Origin: an uncultured delta proteobacterium
Lineage (GTDB): Bacteria > Desulfobacterota > Desulfuromonadia > Desulfuromonadales > JACZKF01
DNA: 64,000 nucleotides
Reading direction: 5' to 3'
NCBI GenBank assembly: GCA_963816395.1
Contig: CAWFKQ010000016.1
Span: forward strand, 384,001 to 448,000
Shown: in pieces, positions 53,427 to 64,000 of the stretch
Layout: each line of letters begins with the position of its first letter
Numbering within the stretch: the first letter of the stretch is position 1
Translations under genes and position numbers: made by a program
Notes under the pieces: model-generated
Database searches by the model: none
What the model was told of the DNA's origin: nothing
Seen by the model: only the letters and a program-made list of their open reading frames with translations

Positions 53427-54119
53427 TCAGTGTCGCTCCCGTTCACCAAAAATCGCCGTCCCCACGCGCACCAGGGTTGCCCCTTCCTCGATGGCAACCT
53501 CGAAATCGTGACTCATCCCCATCGACAACTCTCGCATTTCCACCCCCGGCAGACCCAGGCGGTCGATCTCCCCGGCCAGCTCGCGCAGGCGGCGGAAGAA
53601 AGGGCGCACCGCCTCCGGGTCCTCGCAGTAGGGAGGCAGAGCCATCAGCCCTCGCAGGCGCAAGTGCGGCAGGGTCGCCGTCTGCCGGACCAGATCGACC
53701 AGGGCCGATGCCTCGGCCCCCGCCTTACTCGCTTCCTCCCCCAGGTTGAGCTGCAGCAGGATGTTTGCCGGCCGTCCGAGCCTGCCCCACTGGCGATCGA
53801 TCTCCCGGGCCAGGGAAAGGCGGTCCACGGAATGGATCAGGTCGACCCGGCCGCCCAGGTATTTGACCTTGTTGCTCTGCAGGGCGCCGATGAAATGCCA
53901 TTCCACCGGTGTCTTTACCTGCTCGGCCTTGGCCGTGAACTCCTGGACGTAGCTTTCTCCGAACAGCCGCTGGCCGGCGGCGGCCGCCGCTTCGACCAGG
54001 GCGGCCGGCTTGGTCTTGGAGACCGCCACCAGGCGCACCCCGGCCGGGTCCCGTGCGGCGCGGGCACAGGCGGCGGCGATGCGGGAGCGGATCTGTCGGA
54101 GGTTTTCCTGGATGTCCAT
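53427..54119 (-). CDS. yggS: PLP homeostasis protein YggS
   Basis: LVAVSKT, FGESYVQE, WHFIGALQSNK, LSMGMS, VRVGTAIFG. Confidence 0.95.
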   Translation of the reverse strand: MDIQENLRQIRSRIAAACARAARDPAGVRLVAVSKTKPAALVEAAAAAGQRLFGESYVQEFTAKAEQVKTPVEWHFIGALQSNKVKYLGGRVDLIHSVDRLSLAREIDRQWGRLGRPANILLQLNLGEEASKAGAEASALVDLVRQTATLPHLRLRGLMALPPYCEDPEAVRPFFRRLRELAGEIDRLGLPGVEMRELSMGMSHDFEVAIEEGATLVRVGTAIFGERERH

Positions 54120-54131
54120 AGTTATCGAAAA

Positions 54132-54210
54132 GCGGGACTCAGGTAACGGGAATCAGGTATCAGGAAATCTTCAGGCTGATTTTACCTGAAACCCGACACC
54201 TGAATCCTGC
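54132..54210. repeat. Heptamer-array palindrome (TCAGGWW family)
   Basis: TCAGGTA ACGGGAA TCAGGTA TCAGGAA / TACCTGA AACCCGA CACCTGA ATCCTG. Confidence 0.85.
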
Positions 54211-54225
54211 CACCGATCTTGCCCT

Positions 54226-54823
54226 TTAAAAGAGTTTTATCGCCCCCAGCCTTTCCAGCACCTCCACCACTTCGCACAGCGGCAGGCCCACCACGCTGGT
54301 GTAACTGCCGGCGATGCTGCGCACCATGAAGGCGCCGATCCCCTGGATGGCGTAGGCGCCAGCCTTGTCCATCGGTTCCCCGGTCGCAATGTAACCCGCG
54401 ATTTCCGCCTCTGTCAACTCCCGGAAGCACACCGTGGTGGTCACCGTCCCGGCCACGGTGGCGCCGCTCCGGCGGTCGTGGACGGCGTAACCGGAGAGCA
54501 CCTGGTGCTCCCGGCCGGCACAGGGAGCGAAGCATGGCGGCCGCCTCCGACGCATCCTCCGGCTTGCCGAGAATGGTGTCGTCGCGCAGAACGATGGTGT
54601 CGCTGCCGATGAACCAGCGCCCCGGCACCTCACGGCGGCCGGCGACCTCGCGCGCCTTTTCCCGGCTGAGCCGCAGCACGTGCCCGGACGGTGTCTCGCC
54701 GGGGAGGACATTTTCCGGGATGCGGCTGGGGACGACGGTGAAATCGATCCCCAGCGAGGCGAGCAGCTCTCGGCGGCGGGGGGAGGCGGAAGCCAGGACG
54801 ATGTCCGGGGCGGCGGTCGTCAT
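54226..54823 (-). CDS. maf: Maf-family nucleotide pyrophosphatase (frameshift near 54520)
   Basis: [37 protein letters not shown]. Confidence 0.92.
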
Positions 54824-56149
54824 CCGCGCCGCCTCCGGCCGGATCTCGTTCCACCAGGGCGCCAGGTCGGCCAGAGCCCGCTCCGCCAGGGCCAGCCGGC
54901 GGTCGCTGCGCTTGCGCAGGCGCCCTGCCAGCGGGGGAAAAAGGCCGTAGTTGACGTTCATCGGCTGGAAATTCCCGGGGCTGGCATCGGCCAGGTGGGC
55001 GAGGAGGGCGCCGAGGGCGGTGGTTGCCGGCGGCAGGGGGATCGGTCGGCTCTGCAGGTGGCGGGCGGCGAACAGGCCGGCGAGAAAGCCGCAGGCGGCC
55101 GATTCGACATAACCTTCCACGCCGGTGATCTGGCCGGCGAAAAAAAGACCGGGCCGTCCCTTGAACTGCAGGCTTCTCTCCAGACAGGCCGGGGCGTTGA
55201 CAAAGGTGTTGCGGTGCATGCTCCCGAGCCGGGCGAAGCGGGCATTCTCCAGTCCCGGGATGGTCCGGAAGATCCGGCGCTGTTCGGGGTAGGTCAGTTT
55301 GGTCTGGAACCCGACCAGGTTGTAGAGGGTGGCGTGCGCGTCGTCCTGGCGCAGCTGGACTACGGCAAAGGGTTCCCGGCCGCTGCGGGGATCGGGCAGG
55401 CCGACCGGCTTCATCGGGCCGAAAGCCAGAGTCATCTCGCCGCGCTCGGCCATTTCCTCGATCGGCATGCATCCCTCGAAGTGCACGATCTTCTCGAATT
55501 CCCGTCCGGAGACCTTCTGCCCGGCGCGCAGGGCGGCGACAAAGGCGAGGTACTGGTCGCGGTCGAGGGGGCAGTTGACGTAGTCGGCACCCCCCTTGTC
55601 GTAACGCGAAGCGCGCCAGGCCCGGGAAAAGTCAATGGAATCGGCCTCGACGATGGGCGCGATGGCGTCGTAGAAGTAGAGGTGCTCCTTGCCGGTCAGG
55701 CGGGCGACGGCGGCCGAGAGCGCCTCCGAGGTCAGCGGCCCGGAGGCGACGATGACCGTTCCGCCATCCGGAATTTCGGTGATTTCCTCGCGGATCAGTT
55801 CAATCTGCGGATGATCCTCGATCTGCCGGGTCATAGTGGCGGCGAAGGCCTCCCGGTCTACTGCCAGGGCGCCGCCGGCCGGGACCGCGGTGGCGTCCGC
55901 GGCGGCCATGAACAGGCTGCCGCAGCGGCGCAGCTCCTCCTTCAGGCAGCCGACGGCGTTGTTCATCCCGGTGCCGCGCAGGCTGTTGGAGCAGACCAGT
56001 TCGCCGAGCAGGGAGGAGTGGTGCGCCGGGGAGAAGCGCTGCGGCTTCATCTCGTAGAGGATAACGGAGAGCCCGGCGCGGGCGGCCTGCCAGGCCGCCT
56101 CGCAGCCGGCCAGGCCGCCGCCGATGACGATCAGGGGAGAGGAGGACAA
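54820..56149 (-). CDS. trmFO: tRNA (uracil-5-)-methyltransferase TrmFO (reads in-frame into maf in this assembly)
   Basis: [59 protein letters not shown]. Confidence 0.95.
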
Positions 56150-56188
56150 AGCGACTTTCCTGGGACCGGCAGAGGCCGGTCCGGACGG

Positions 56189-58569
56189 TTATTTCTTGCT
56201 GCCTTTGGCCGCTTTCTTACCCGCGGCCGCCTTCTTGCCGGCCGCCTTGCGGGCAACCGGTTTCTCCGTCGCCGCCTTCTTTTCCGGCGGCACCAGGACT
56301 TCCTTGAAGTCGCACTGCTCCTGCGGGCAGCGGCGTACGGTTCCCTCCCGCTGGGTGGTTTTTTCCACCGTCAGCGGAAAGCCGCATTTGGGGCAGGGCT
56401 CGGTAAGGGGTTTGTCCCAGAGGGCATATTTGCACTGGGGATAACGGCTGCAGGAGTAGAAGAGCTTGCCGTAGCGGCTCTTCTTCTCCATCAACTCCCC
56501 CTGCTGGCAGCTGGGACAGGTGATCCCCAGTCGATTTCGGCTTCACCAGCGGCTGGATGTTGCGGCACCCCGGATAGGCGGAACAGGCCAGGTACTTGCC
56601 GAAGCGGCCTTCCTTGATCAGCATCGGCGCACCGCATTTGTCGCATTTTTCTTCCGAGAGCACCGGCTCCTCCCGCGCCTCGTTCGGCAGCGGTTCGGTG
56701 TGCCGGCACTCGGGGAATCCTGAGCAGGCGAGAAACTTGCCGCTGCGGCCGAGCTTGACGACCAGCGGCCGACTGCATTCAGGGCAGGTGCGGTCGGTCT
56801 TCTCGGTGGTGACATCCTCCTTGCTCACCTCCTGCTCTTTCTGCCGCAGCAGGCCGATGAAGGGCTGCCAGAAACCGTGCAGCACCGGCTGCCATTTCTC
56901 CTCGCCGCGGGAGATGGCGTCGAGGTCCTCTTCCAGTCTTGGCGGTGAACTCGTAATCGACGTACTGGGGGAAGTGGTTCACCAGGAGGTCGTTGACCAC
57001 CATGCCGACGTCTTCCGGGTAGAAGGTGCGTTTCTCCAGGCGCACATACTTGCGCACCACCAGGGTGTTCATGATGGAGGCGTAGGTGGAAGGGCGGCCG
57101 ATGCCGTTCTCCTCCAGGGTCTTGACCAGGCTGGCCTCGGTGTAGCGCGGCGGCGGCTGAGTGAAGTGCTGCTCGGGCAGGATGTCCCGGCGCTCCAGGG
57201 CCTCTCCCTCCTCCAGCGGGGGAAGGGTGCCCTCCCGCTCCTCCTCGGCCTCGTCCGACCCCTCGATATAGAGCTTCATAAAGCCCGGGAAACGGATGAC
57301 CTGCCCGGAGGCGCGGAACAGGAAGCGCTCGCCGGCGGCGATATCCACCGTCGTCGCATCGAGAATGGCCGCCGCCATCTGCGAGGCGACCATGCGCGTC
57401 CAGATCAGATGATAGAGCCGGTACTGGTCGGAGGTGAGATGCGGCTTCACCTTCTCCGGCGTATTGGCGACGGAGGTGGGGCGGATCGCCTCGTGCGCCT
57501 CCTGGGCGTTTTTCGCCTTGCTCTTATACACCCGCGGCTTGGCCAGGGCATATTCCCCGCCGAACAGGCGGGTGATCACCTCCTGCGCCTCGGCCGTCGC
57601 CACCTGGGAGAGGGCGACGGAGTCGGTGCGCATGTAGGTGATCAGACCGACCGCCCCTTCGCCGATATCGATCCCCTCGTAGAGTTTCTGGGCGGTGCTC
57701 ATCGTCTTGCGGGCGGAGAAGCCGAGCTTGCGGCTCGCCTCCTGCTGCAGGGTGCTGGTGGTGAAGGGGGCGGCGGGGTTGCGCCGCTTCTCGCTGCGGG
57801 TGACGGCGCTGACGGTGAAGGCGGGAGCCGCGGCCGTGCGTCGTCCCGCGTGAGCGCCGCCGTCAGTTCCTGGGCTCGCGCCTCGTCGGCGATGGCGAAC
57901 TTGTCCAGCTTCTCGCCGTCGACGGCGACCAGGCGGGCGCGCACTTCCTTGCCGGCCGCCGTGCGCCAGCAGGGCGTCGATGGTCCAGTATTCCCGGGAC
58001 TCGAAAGCCTGGATCTCCTTTTCCCGATCGCAGATCAGGCGCAGCGCCACCGACTGGACGCGGCCGGCGGAGAGCCCGTAGCGGATCTTTTTCCAGAGAA
58101 AGGGGGAGAGATTGAAACCGACCAGGTAATCGAGGATGGCCCGCGCCTGCTGGGCATCGACCAGGTTGTGGGAGATGCTGCCGGGCTCCTGCATCGCCTT
58201 CTGTATCGCCCCCTTGGTGATCTCGTGGAAGGTGACGCGGCGGACCTGGGGTTCCTCTCCGCTTTCCCGGATGCCGAGGGCCTGCAGCAGGTGCCAGGCG
58301 ATCGCTTCCCCCTCGCGGTCGGGGTCAGTGGCGAGGATCAGTTCCTGGCTGTTGGCGGCTTCTTTGCGCAGCAACTCGATCTGCCGGCTGCTCTCCGGCA
58401 GGATGTGGTAGTGGGGCTGGAAATCATGCTCGACATCGACCGAACCCTGCTTGCTGGGGAGGGCCCGCACGTGGCCATAGGAGGCCAGAACCTTATAGCC
58501 CTTGCCGAGAAACTTTTCGATGGTTTTCGCCTTCGCCGGGGATTCGACGATGACCAGTGATTTTGTCAT
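56189..58569 (-). CDS. topA: DNA topoisomerase I (frameshifted)
   Basis: IVESPAKAKTI, DPDREGE, SAGRVQS, GLITYMRTDS, QEAHEAIRP, GIGRPSTY, C4 zinc ribbons. Confidence 0.95.
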
Positions 58570-58739
58570 GGTACCTCAGGGTTGATTATTGCGCAGGGGG
58601 ATGCCGCCTCTGCTTTCCCGATTCGAATTGGAATGAGTCTAGCGCCGCCGCCCCGAAGTGCAAAATCTTTTTTACCGCCAGCTGCAGAGATCGATAAAAC
58701 AAAAAGGCTGCAGGATATCTGCAGCCGCCGTCTCGCCGC

Positions 58740-59226
58740 TCAATGATAGAGCCGCGACCAGTCGTCCTCGAACAGGCAGTCCATCTGCCGCCGCCAGTCG
58801 TCCTGGGAACGGGCAAAGAGGGTCAGGGCAATGATCGCTTTCAGGTCCTTGAGGGTCACCTCGTCCTCACCCGACTGCCAGGGCTCGTTCGACGACCTCC
58901 TCATGAGCTTCGTCGTCCAGAACTCCCATGGCGCGCAGCCGCAACAGGAAACCACGGGCATCGGAGGAGAGAGCCCGGGTTTCCTCGGCAGAAAACACCC
59001 GATTGGTGGGGAGGGACAGGTTTGCGGCAGACTGCTCGGCGGATTGCAGGGCAAGGCGCTCCATCCAGCTGAAGGCGGCGTCAATCTCCTCCGCGACAAA
59101 GCCGACCGCCAGCAGTGTCCCAACCAGATCTTCTTCGCTCAGCGGTTCACGCTCTTCCATGACCAACTGGGCTATAAGGGTGACAATGGCCAGCACCCGA
59201 TCTCTCAAAAGGTCTCCTGTGGACAC
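58740..59226 (-). CDS. smg: Smg/DUF494-family protein (frameshift near 58870)
   Basis: GFVAEEIDAAFSWMERL, RVFSAEE, ARGFL; lies between dprA and topA. Confidence 0.75.
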
Positions 59227-59228
59227 GT

Positions 59229-60325
59229 TCAGCTCCGCCTGCGGCGAACATAGCGCATGCCGGGAAGGGGTTCGCAGGCCTCCCTGGAGTTCCAGGTGCA
59301 GTAAAATAACGGAAACCTCCATGGGTGTCAAGCCGCTTTTCCGGACCAGATGGTCGATATGGACGGGCTCGTTGCCGAGGTGCTGATAGAGGCGGCGGGC
59401 GTTGCCGTCGAGGCTGGCGGCAAAGTCCTCCTCTTCTTTCCGATCCTGCCGCCGGGGGGCCTGCGGCCAGAGAACGGTAAGGATGTCGGCGGCCCCGGTC
59501 ACCAGGTGGGCACCCTCTTTGAGCAACTGGTGGACGCCGCTGCTCACCGGGGAATTCACCGGACCGGGAACGGCGAAGACCTCCCGACCCTGCTCCAGGG
59601 CGAACTCGACGGTGATCAGGGAGCCGCTGCCGGCGGCGGCTTCCACCACCAGAACGCCCCGGCTGAGTCCGCTGATGATACGGTTGCGCCCCGGGAAATG
59701 ACCAGGCAGGGGAGGGGTGCCGGGGGGGTATTCGCTGAGGATCGCCCCCCGCTCCAGCAGGCGATGGAATAGACGGGCATTCTCCGGGGGGTAGATCCGG
59801 TCGATGCCGCAGCCGAGAACTCCGATGGTGGGGCCGCCCCCCTCGAGGGCGCCGAGATGGGCGGCGGTATCGATTCCCCGCGCCAGGCCGCTGACGATGG
59901 TGATGCCCCGGGACGCCAGTTCCGCGCAGACGCCGAGGGTGAAGCGTCCGCCGGCTTCCGAGGCCCGGCGGGAGCCCACTACCGCCAGTGCTTCCGCCGG
60001 CGGAAGTTCCCCCCGCACATAAAGCAGGACAGGCGGATCATGGATGGTCCGCAGCAGCGGCGGATAACGTTCATCCGTCAGCGGCAGCAGGTGCACCCCG
60101 AGGTTCTCCAGGCCGGCGCAGGCCTGCGCCAGAAGCGGGTCGTCCGCCGCCTGGCAGGGTCGCGGCGACCGCCTCGCGCAGGCCGGCCCGTTTCACCCAG
60201 GCGCCCGGCCCGGCGGCGAGGATGGCCGGTGCCGGACCAAAAACCTCCAATAAACGAAGCATCCCCCGCCGCCCCAGGCCGCGGGTGAGATGCAGGCGCA
60301 GCCAATCCTTTTCCTCAGCGGTCAT
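59229..60325 (-). CDS. dprA: DNA-processing protein DprA (frameshifted)
   Basis: AVVGSRRAS, VSGLARGIDTAAH, FPGRNRIISGLS, SGSLIT, GREVFAVPG. Confidence 0.93.
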
Positions 60326-60407
60326 TTCCCCCCTCCGCCGGAAAAAGAAAAAGGATTGAGCAGCTCAATCCTTTTTCCATGCTTGCATCGTCGTGACCGC
60401 CCCTGGC

Positions 60408-61431
60408 CTACTCGACTTCCGTCGTAACCTGGTCGCCGCGGTAAATCGGCCCGACCGATTTGAGGACCAGGGCCGAGGCGGTGCCGAGTTGCGTCTCCAG
60501 TACGACCGCCGATCCCAGCAGCACCTCGGGCAGTTGGAGGTCCTGCCGCAGGGCGTGGTCCGTTGCCTGTCGGGGGCGTGAAATGTAGAGCAGGTTGCCG
60601 GCATCCAGCCCGTCCTGGGCGCCGAGGTCGATATAGATGACGTCGTACTGGCCAAGGGCGATCTTGTCGCTGCCGCCAGCCACCAGGTAGCCGGTCAAAG
60701 CCTGGCGCGCCTTTTTCAGGACGACTTCCTGCACCGGCGGCTGCCAGGGACGGAGTTTCGCCCCGCGCTCGATCTCCCGCGAGGAAGAGGTGATGACCGC
60801 AGTGGCGACAGACGGATGGATCTGGTCGATGGTGAGGGCGCCGGAATCGATCACCTTATATGCCGAGTTTCTCGCCGGTCACCGGGTGCAGGACCTCTTT
60901 GCCGAGCTGATAAAGGGAGAAGCGGTCGCCGGGGTGAGTGGCGGTCAGGTCCCGCATCTCCACGAAGACCTTGTCTCCCGCTCCCATCATGATCCGGTTG
61001 TCCATGGTATCGACGAGAACGCCGGTGTCGGAGAATTCTTCGCTGCCGATGAAGCCCTCAACGGCAGCCGGCGTCTTGATGGTGATCGCCTCCTGCACCG
61101 GTTCCATCTTTTCGGACTCCTCAACCGGGGTCGGCGCCGCCGCTTTCGCCATCGCCGGTGCCGGGCGCCATGCGCCGGCCCAGGGATGATCTCGATCCGG
61201 CCATTGTAGATCTTCACCTGCTGGCCGGGATAAATGAAGTGAGGATTGGTAATGCGCGCGGTTGTGCGACCAGAGACTGGGCCAGTAATCCGGGTCCTTG
61301 ATGAAGCGTTCGGAAATCCCCCAGAGGGTATCGCCCTTTTTAATAATGTAGGTTTGCGGCTCTTCCTGAGCCAGGGCGGCCAGAGGGATGAGCCCCAGAC
61401 AGAACAGCAGTACCAATTTCTTCATCATCAT
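60408..61431 (-). CDS. Exported LysM peptidoglycan-binding protein (frameshifted)
   Basis: Signal peptide, YIIKKGDTLWGIS, NPHFIYPGQ; directly upstream of dprA. Confidence 0.85.
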
Positions 61432-61460
61432 TGCAGTCTCCCGTGACATGGAATGGCGGG

Positions 61461-62192
61461 TTATTCGCTTCCCTGGGCTTTGTGGGCCGCCGCGCTGTCG
61501 GGATAACGCTCCTGCAACTGCTTCAGGACCTCCCCCGCCCGGTCGTTCCGGTTCATCTGCTTCAGGGTCGCCGCCAGCTTCAGCAGTGCATCGGGGGCTT
61601 TGGCGCTGTGCGGGTACTGGTCGATCGCTTTCTGGAATGCTTCCGCCGCCGCCGCGTACTGCTGCAGGGAATAGTAGCATTCTCCGAGCCAATACAGGGC
61701 ATGGCCGGCGTAATCGTTGCCCGAATAGAGCCGGAGGAATGTCTGGAAGCCGTCAATGGCCTGGGGATAATGGCCTGAGGCATAATCGGCAAAGGCCCGC
61801 AGGTAGGTTTCGGTCGGCGTGGCGGGTTTCCCCGCGGTGGTTCCGGACGGCGCGCCCTGGGCCGGCCCTCCGGCCTTTTCCCCGTACGGGGTGACTTTTT
61901 GTGCCAGGAGAGTAGCGCGCAGGTTGCTGATCATCTGCTGCTGATCCTGCAGGCGTCCTTCCGCCAGCACCATGTTGTCCTGCAGGTGCTGCAGTTGTTT
62001 GCTCAGATCCGCCTGCCCCTGGTGCAACTCCTGAAGTTCCCTGCTGACGTCCGGCGGCACGGCCGGAGCGCTGGCGGAAACACTGGCCGGTGCACTGACG
62101 GGGGTGCTGGCCGAAGGAGGTGCAATGCCGGCGCAACCCGCCAGGATCCCTCCCAGAAATGCCACGCCGACGAGGATGAAAGATGTCCGCAT
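61461..62192 (-). CDS. cpoB: Tol-Pal associated TPR protein CpoB/YbgF (lipoprotein)
   Basis: LAGC lipobox, coiled coil, ALYWLGE, KAPDALLK. Confidence 0.85.
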   Translation of the reverse strand: MRTSFILVGVAFLGGILAGCAGIAPPSASTPVSAPASVSASAPAVPPDVSRELQELHQGQADLSKQLQHLQDNMVLAEGRLQDQQQMISNLRATLLAQKVTPYGEKAGGPAQGAPSGTTAGKPATPTETYLRAFADYASGHYPQAIDGFQTFLRLYSGNDYAGHALYWLGECYYSLQQYAAAAEAFQKAIDQYPHSAKAPDALLKLAATLKQMNRNDRAGEVLKQLQERYPDSAAAHKAQGSE

Positions 62193-62331
62193 ACAGCTCT
62201 CCCAAACGAAATTCCCCAAAAATTACAGGGTTTTTACTCCCTTGTCAAGCAGGAAAGGCCAGCCCCGGGGGCGGCCGGGGGCGGTATTTTTCCCGTTGGG
62301 TTTGTGCTATGCTCCGGCGGGAAAGGAGGCA

Positions 62332-63564
62332 ATGATCATGCCGCCGGAACTGCTGGCCCCTGCCGGGGACCTGGAAAAACTGGAAACCGCCGTCGCCTAC
62401 GGTGCCGATGCCATCTACCTGGGGGGGGAGCGGTTCGGCCTGCGCGCTCTGGCCGGCAACTTTTCCCTCGCCGGATTACGCCGGGCCAGGGAGATCACCC
62501 GGGCGGCCGGCAAGCGTCTTTACCTGACCCTTAATGCCTACCTGCGGCCGGGGGACCTGGCGCCGTTCGCCGCCTACCTGGAAGACCTGCGGCCGCTGGA
62601 AATCGATGCCTATATTCTCGCTGACCCGGGTGCCGTTGCGCTGGTGCGGCGACTCGATCCGGAACGGGAAATTCATCTCTCCACCCAGGCCAATACCACC
62701 AATGCGGAGGCCGTGCGCCACTGGCAGGCGACTGGCGTGCGCCGCGTCAATCCCGCCCGCGAGCTGACGCTGGAGGAGATCCGGGAGATCCGCCTCGCCA
62801 CCGGTATCGAGCTGGAAGTCTTCGTCCATGGCGCCATGTGCGTCGCCTGGTCGGGACGCTGCCTGCTGTCCGCCGCTTTAACCGGCCGCAGCGCCAATCA
62901 GGGGGCCTGTGCCCAGCCCTGCCGCTGGCGGTATGCCCTCGCCGAGGAAACCCGGCCGGGCGAGTACTTCCCCATTGAGGAGGACGGGGCGGGAAGCTAC
63001 CTGCTGAACAGTCGCGATCTGTGCCTGATCGAGCACTTGCCGGAACTGCTGACGGCAGGAATCTCGGCGCTGAAGATCGAGGGGAGGATGAAAAGCCGCT
63101 ACTATGTGGCGGCGGTGACCCGTGTCTACCGCGCCGCCCTCGACCGCTGGTTGGCCGAGGGTCCGGATTACCGGTACGATCCGGTCTGGCGGACGGAACT
63201 GGAAAAGGTGAGCCACCGCCCCTACGACCGCGGCTTTCTCTTCGGCGGCCGCGATCCTCTGGTGCACCGGGAGGATTCTCTTTACCGGCGGACCCACGAT
63301 TTTCTGGGGGTGGTGGAGGAATTGCTCCCCGGCGGACGCGGAGAGGTCGTCGGGCGCAACCGCTTTTTCCCCGGGGAGACGCTGGAGATCATCGGTCCGG
63401 GAATGCGCGCGGACGAGCTTCCGGGCGGGGGAGATTCGCTCGCGGGATGGAGAATCGCTGCCGGCCGCCCAGCCCAACGCCCGGGTGGTGCTGGAACTGC
63501 CTGCCGGCGTCCGGCCGGGCGATCTGTTGCGGAGGGAAAGGAAATGTTGAATTTTGAATGTTGA
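62332..63564 (+). CDS. U32-family peptidase-like protein (frameshift near 63420)
   Basis: ELLAPAG, HLSTQAN, FVHGAMCVAWSGRC, GACAQPCR, LKIEGR. Confidence 0.9.
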   Translation: MIMPPELLAPAGDLEKLETAVAYGADAIYLGGERFGLRALAGNFSLAGLRRAREITRAAGKRLYLTLNAYLRPGDLAPFAAYLEDLRPLEIDAYILADPGAVALVRRLDPEREIHLSTQANTTNAEAVRHWQATGVRRVNPARELTLEEIREIRLATGIELEVFVHGAMCVAWSGRCLLSAALTGRSANQGACAQPCRWRYALAEETRPGEYFPIEEDGAGSYLLNSRDLCLIEHLPELLTAGISALKIEGRMKSRYYVAAVTRVYRAALDRWLAEGPDYRYDPVWRTELEKVSHRPYDRGFLFGGRDPLVHREDSLYRRTHDFLGVVEELLPGGRGEVVGRNRFFPGETLEIIGPGMRADELPGGGDSLAGWRIAAGRPAQRPGGAGTACRRPAGRSVAEGKEMLNFEC

Positions 63565-63651
63565 ATTTTAAATTGGAAATGAAACAGCGGCCGTCTAGCC
63601 ATTCAACCTGATACTCTTTAATTCAAAATCAAGAATTCAGAATTCAAAATT
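63543..63651. repeat. Heptamer-array palindrome (TTGAATK / AATTCAR)
   Basis: TGTTGAA TTTTGAA TGTTGAA TTTTAAA ... ATTCAAA ATCAAGA ATTCAGA ATTCAAA. Confidence 0.8.
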
Positions 63652-63656
63652 GCCCT

Positions 63657-64000
63657 TTACGCACTCCAGCAGGTCCGCTTTTCCACGTCGCAGCAGGAGA
63701 GAGCCCGGCCGTAGACGGCGCCGGTATCGAGGCCGATCCGACGTGGGGCGAAAAGCACATCCGGGCGCGGAGTGTGACCGAAAACCACCGTCTTGCCCCA
63801 GTCGTAATCGGAATGGAGGAATTCTTCACGGATCCACAGCAGGTCTTTCTCCTGCTGGGCCGCCAATGCCAACCCCGGGCGCAGGCCGGCGTGGACGAAG
63901 ATGAAGTGGTCGGTTTCATAATACAGGCGCAGGCCCTCCAGAAAGTCGAGGTGAGCCCGGGGCAGGCGCAGTTTTTCCCCTTCCTTGTAGTTCTCCAGGG
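63657..64000 (-). CDS. Calcineurin-like metallophosphoesterase (5' truncated by window edge)
   Basis: FVHAGLRPG, LLWIR, VFGHTP, IGLDTGA. Confidence 0.88.
   Translation of the reverse strand, partial: LENYKEGEKLRLPRAHLDFLEGLRLYYETDHFIFVHAGLRPGLALAAQQEKDLLWIREEFLHSDYDWGKTVVFGHTPRPDVLFAPRRIGLDTGAVYGRALSCCDVEKRTCWSA

Noticed and set aside
54182..56149. TrmFO-Maf fusion protein
   Set aside because: The junction GGATGA looks like a normal ATGA stop/start overlap shifted by one indel
58867..60096. DprA-Smg fusion (likewise TrkA-TrkH and transporter-microprotein)
   Set aside because: Plausible natural stops exist in adjacent frames (59229, ~9400, 50006)
1..64000. Widespread pseudogenisation or programmed frameshifting
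   Set aside because: Single-base indels hit many unrelated genes including topA, sometimes compensate each other, and I saw no nonsense decay in the repaired frames; long-read error is the simpler explanation. Read polishing would decide.

Overview
GC-rich window from a Desulfuromonadales-like (Desulfuromonas/Geobacter-type) bacterium; the taxon is inferred from gene content. Many genes, including normally essential ones such as topA, carry 1-bp frameshifts that look like long-read indel errors, so several ORF-track proteins are chimeric. In order, the window holds: the 3' part of a DnaE2-like polymerase; a CheY-CheC-PAS/GGDEF module; a DUF815-type ATPase; an SDR; an alpha/beta hydrolase; trkAH; MaoC; HNH; a glycogen/alpha-glucan operon with its own kinase and regulator; a radical SAM protein; and a Rep/UvrD helicase. 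At 29.9-44.4 kb lies a ~14.5-kb extracellular electron transfer island: four MtrC/OmcA-family multiheme lipoproteins (10, 10, 10 and 11 hemes) flank an ExtBCD-like porin plus two small multiheme lipoproteins, with 54 heme motifs counted in total and no non-lipidated periplasmic partner. After it come a polyamine operon (XRE-cupin, speD, speE, speA), proC, an ANKH/MATE-like transporter, a HAD phosphatase, an NSS symporter, yggS, maf, trmFO, topA, smg, dprA, a LysM protein, cpoB, a U32 peptidase and a partial metallophosphoesterase. Intergenic regions hold many palindromes built from tandem 7-, 8- or ~9-mers, plus one GTAG-type REP pair. I recognised no rRNA, tRNA, CRISPR array or transposase.
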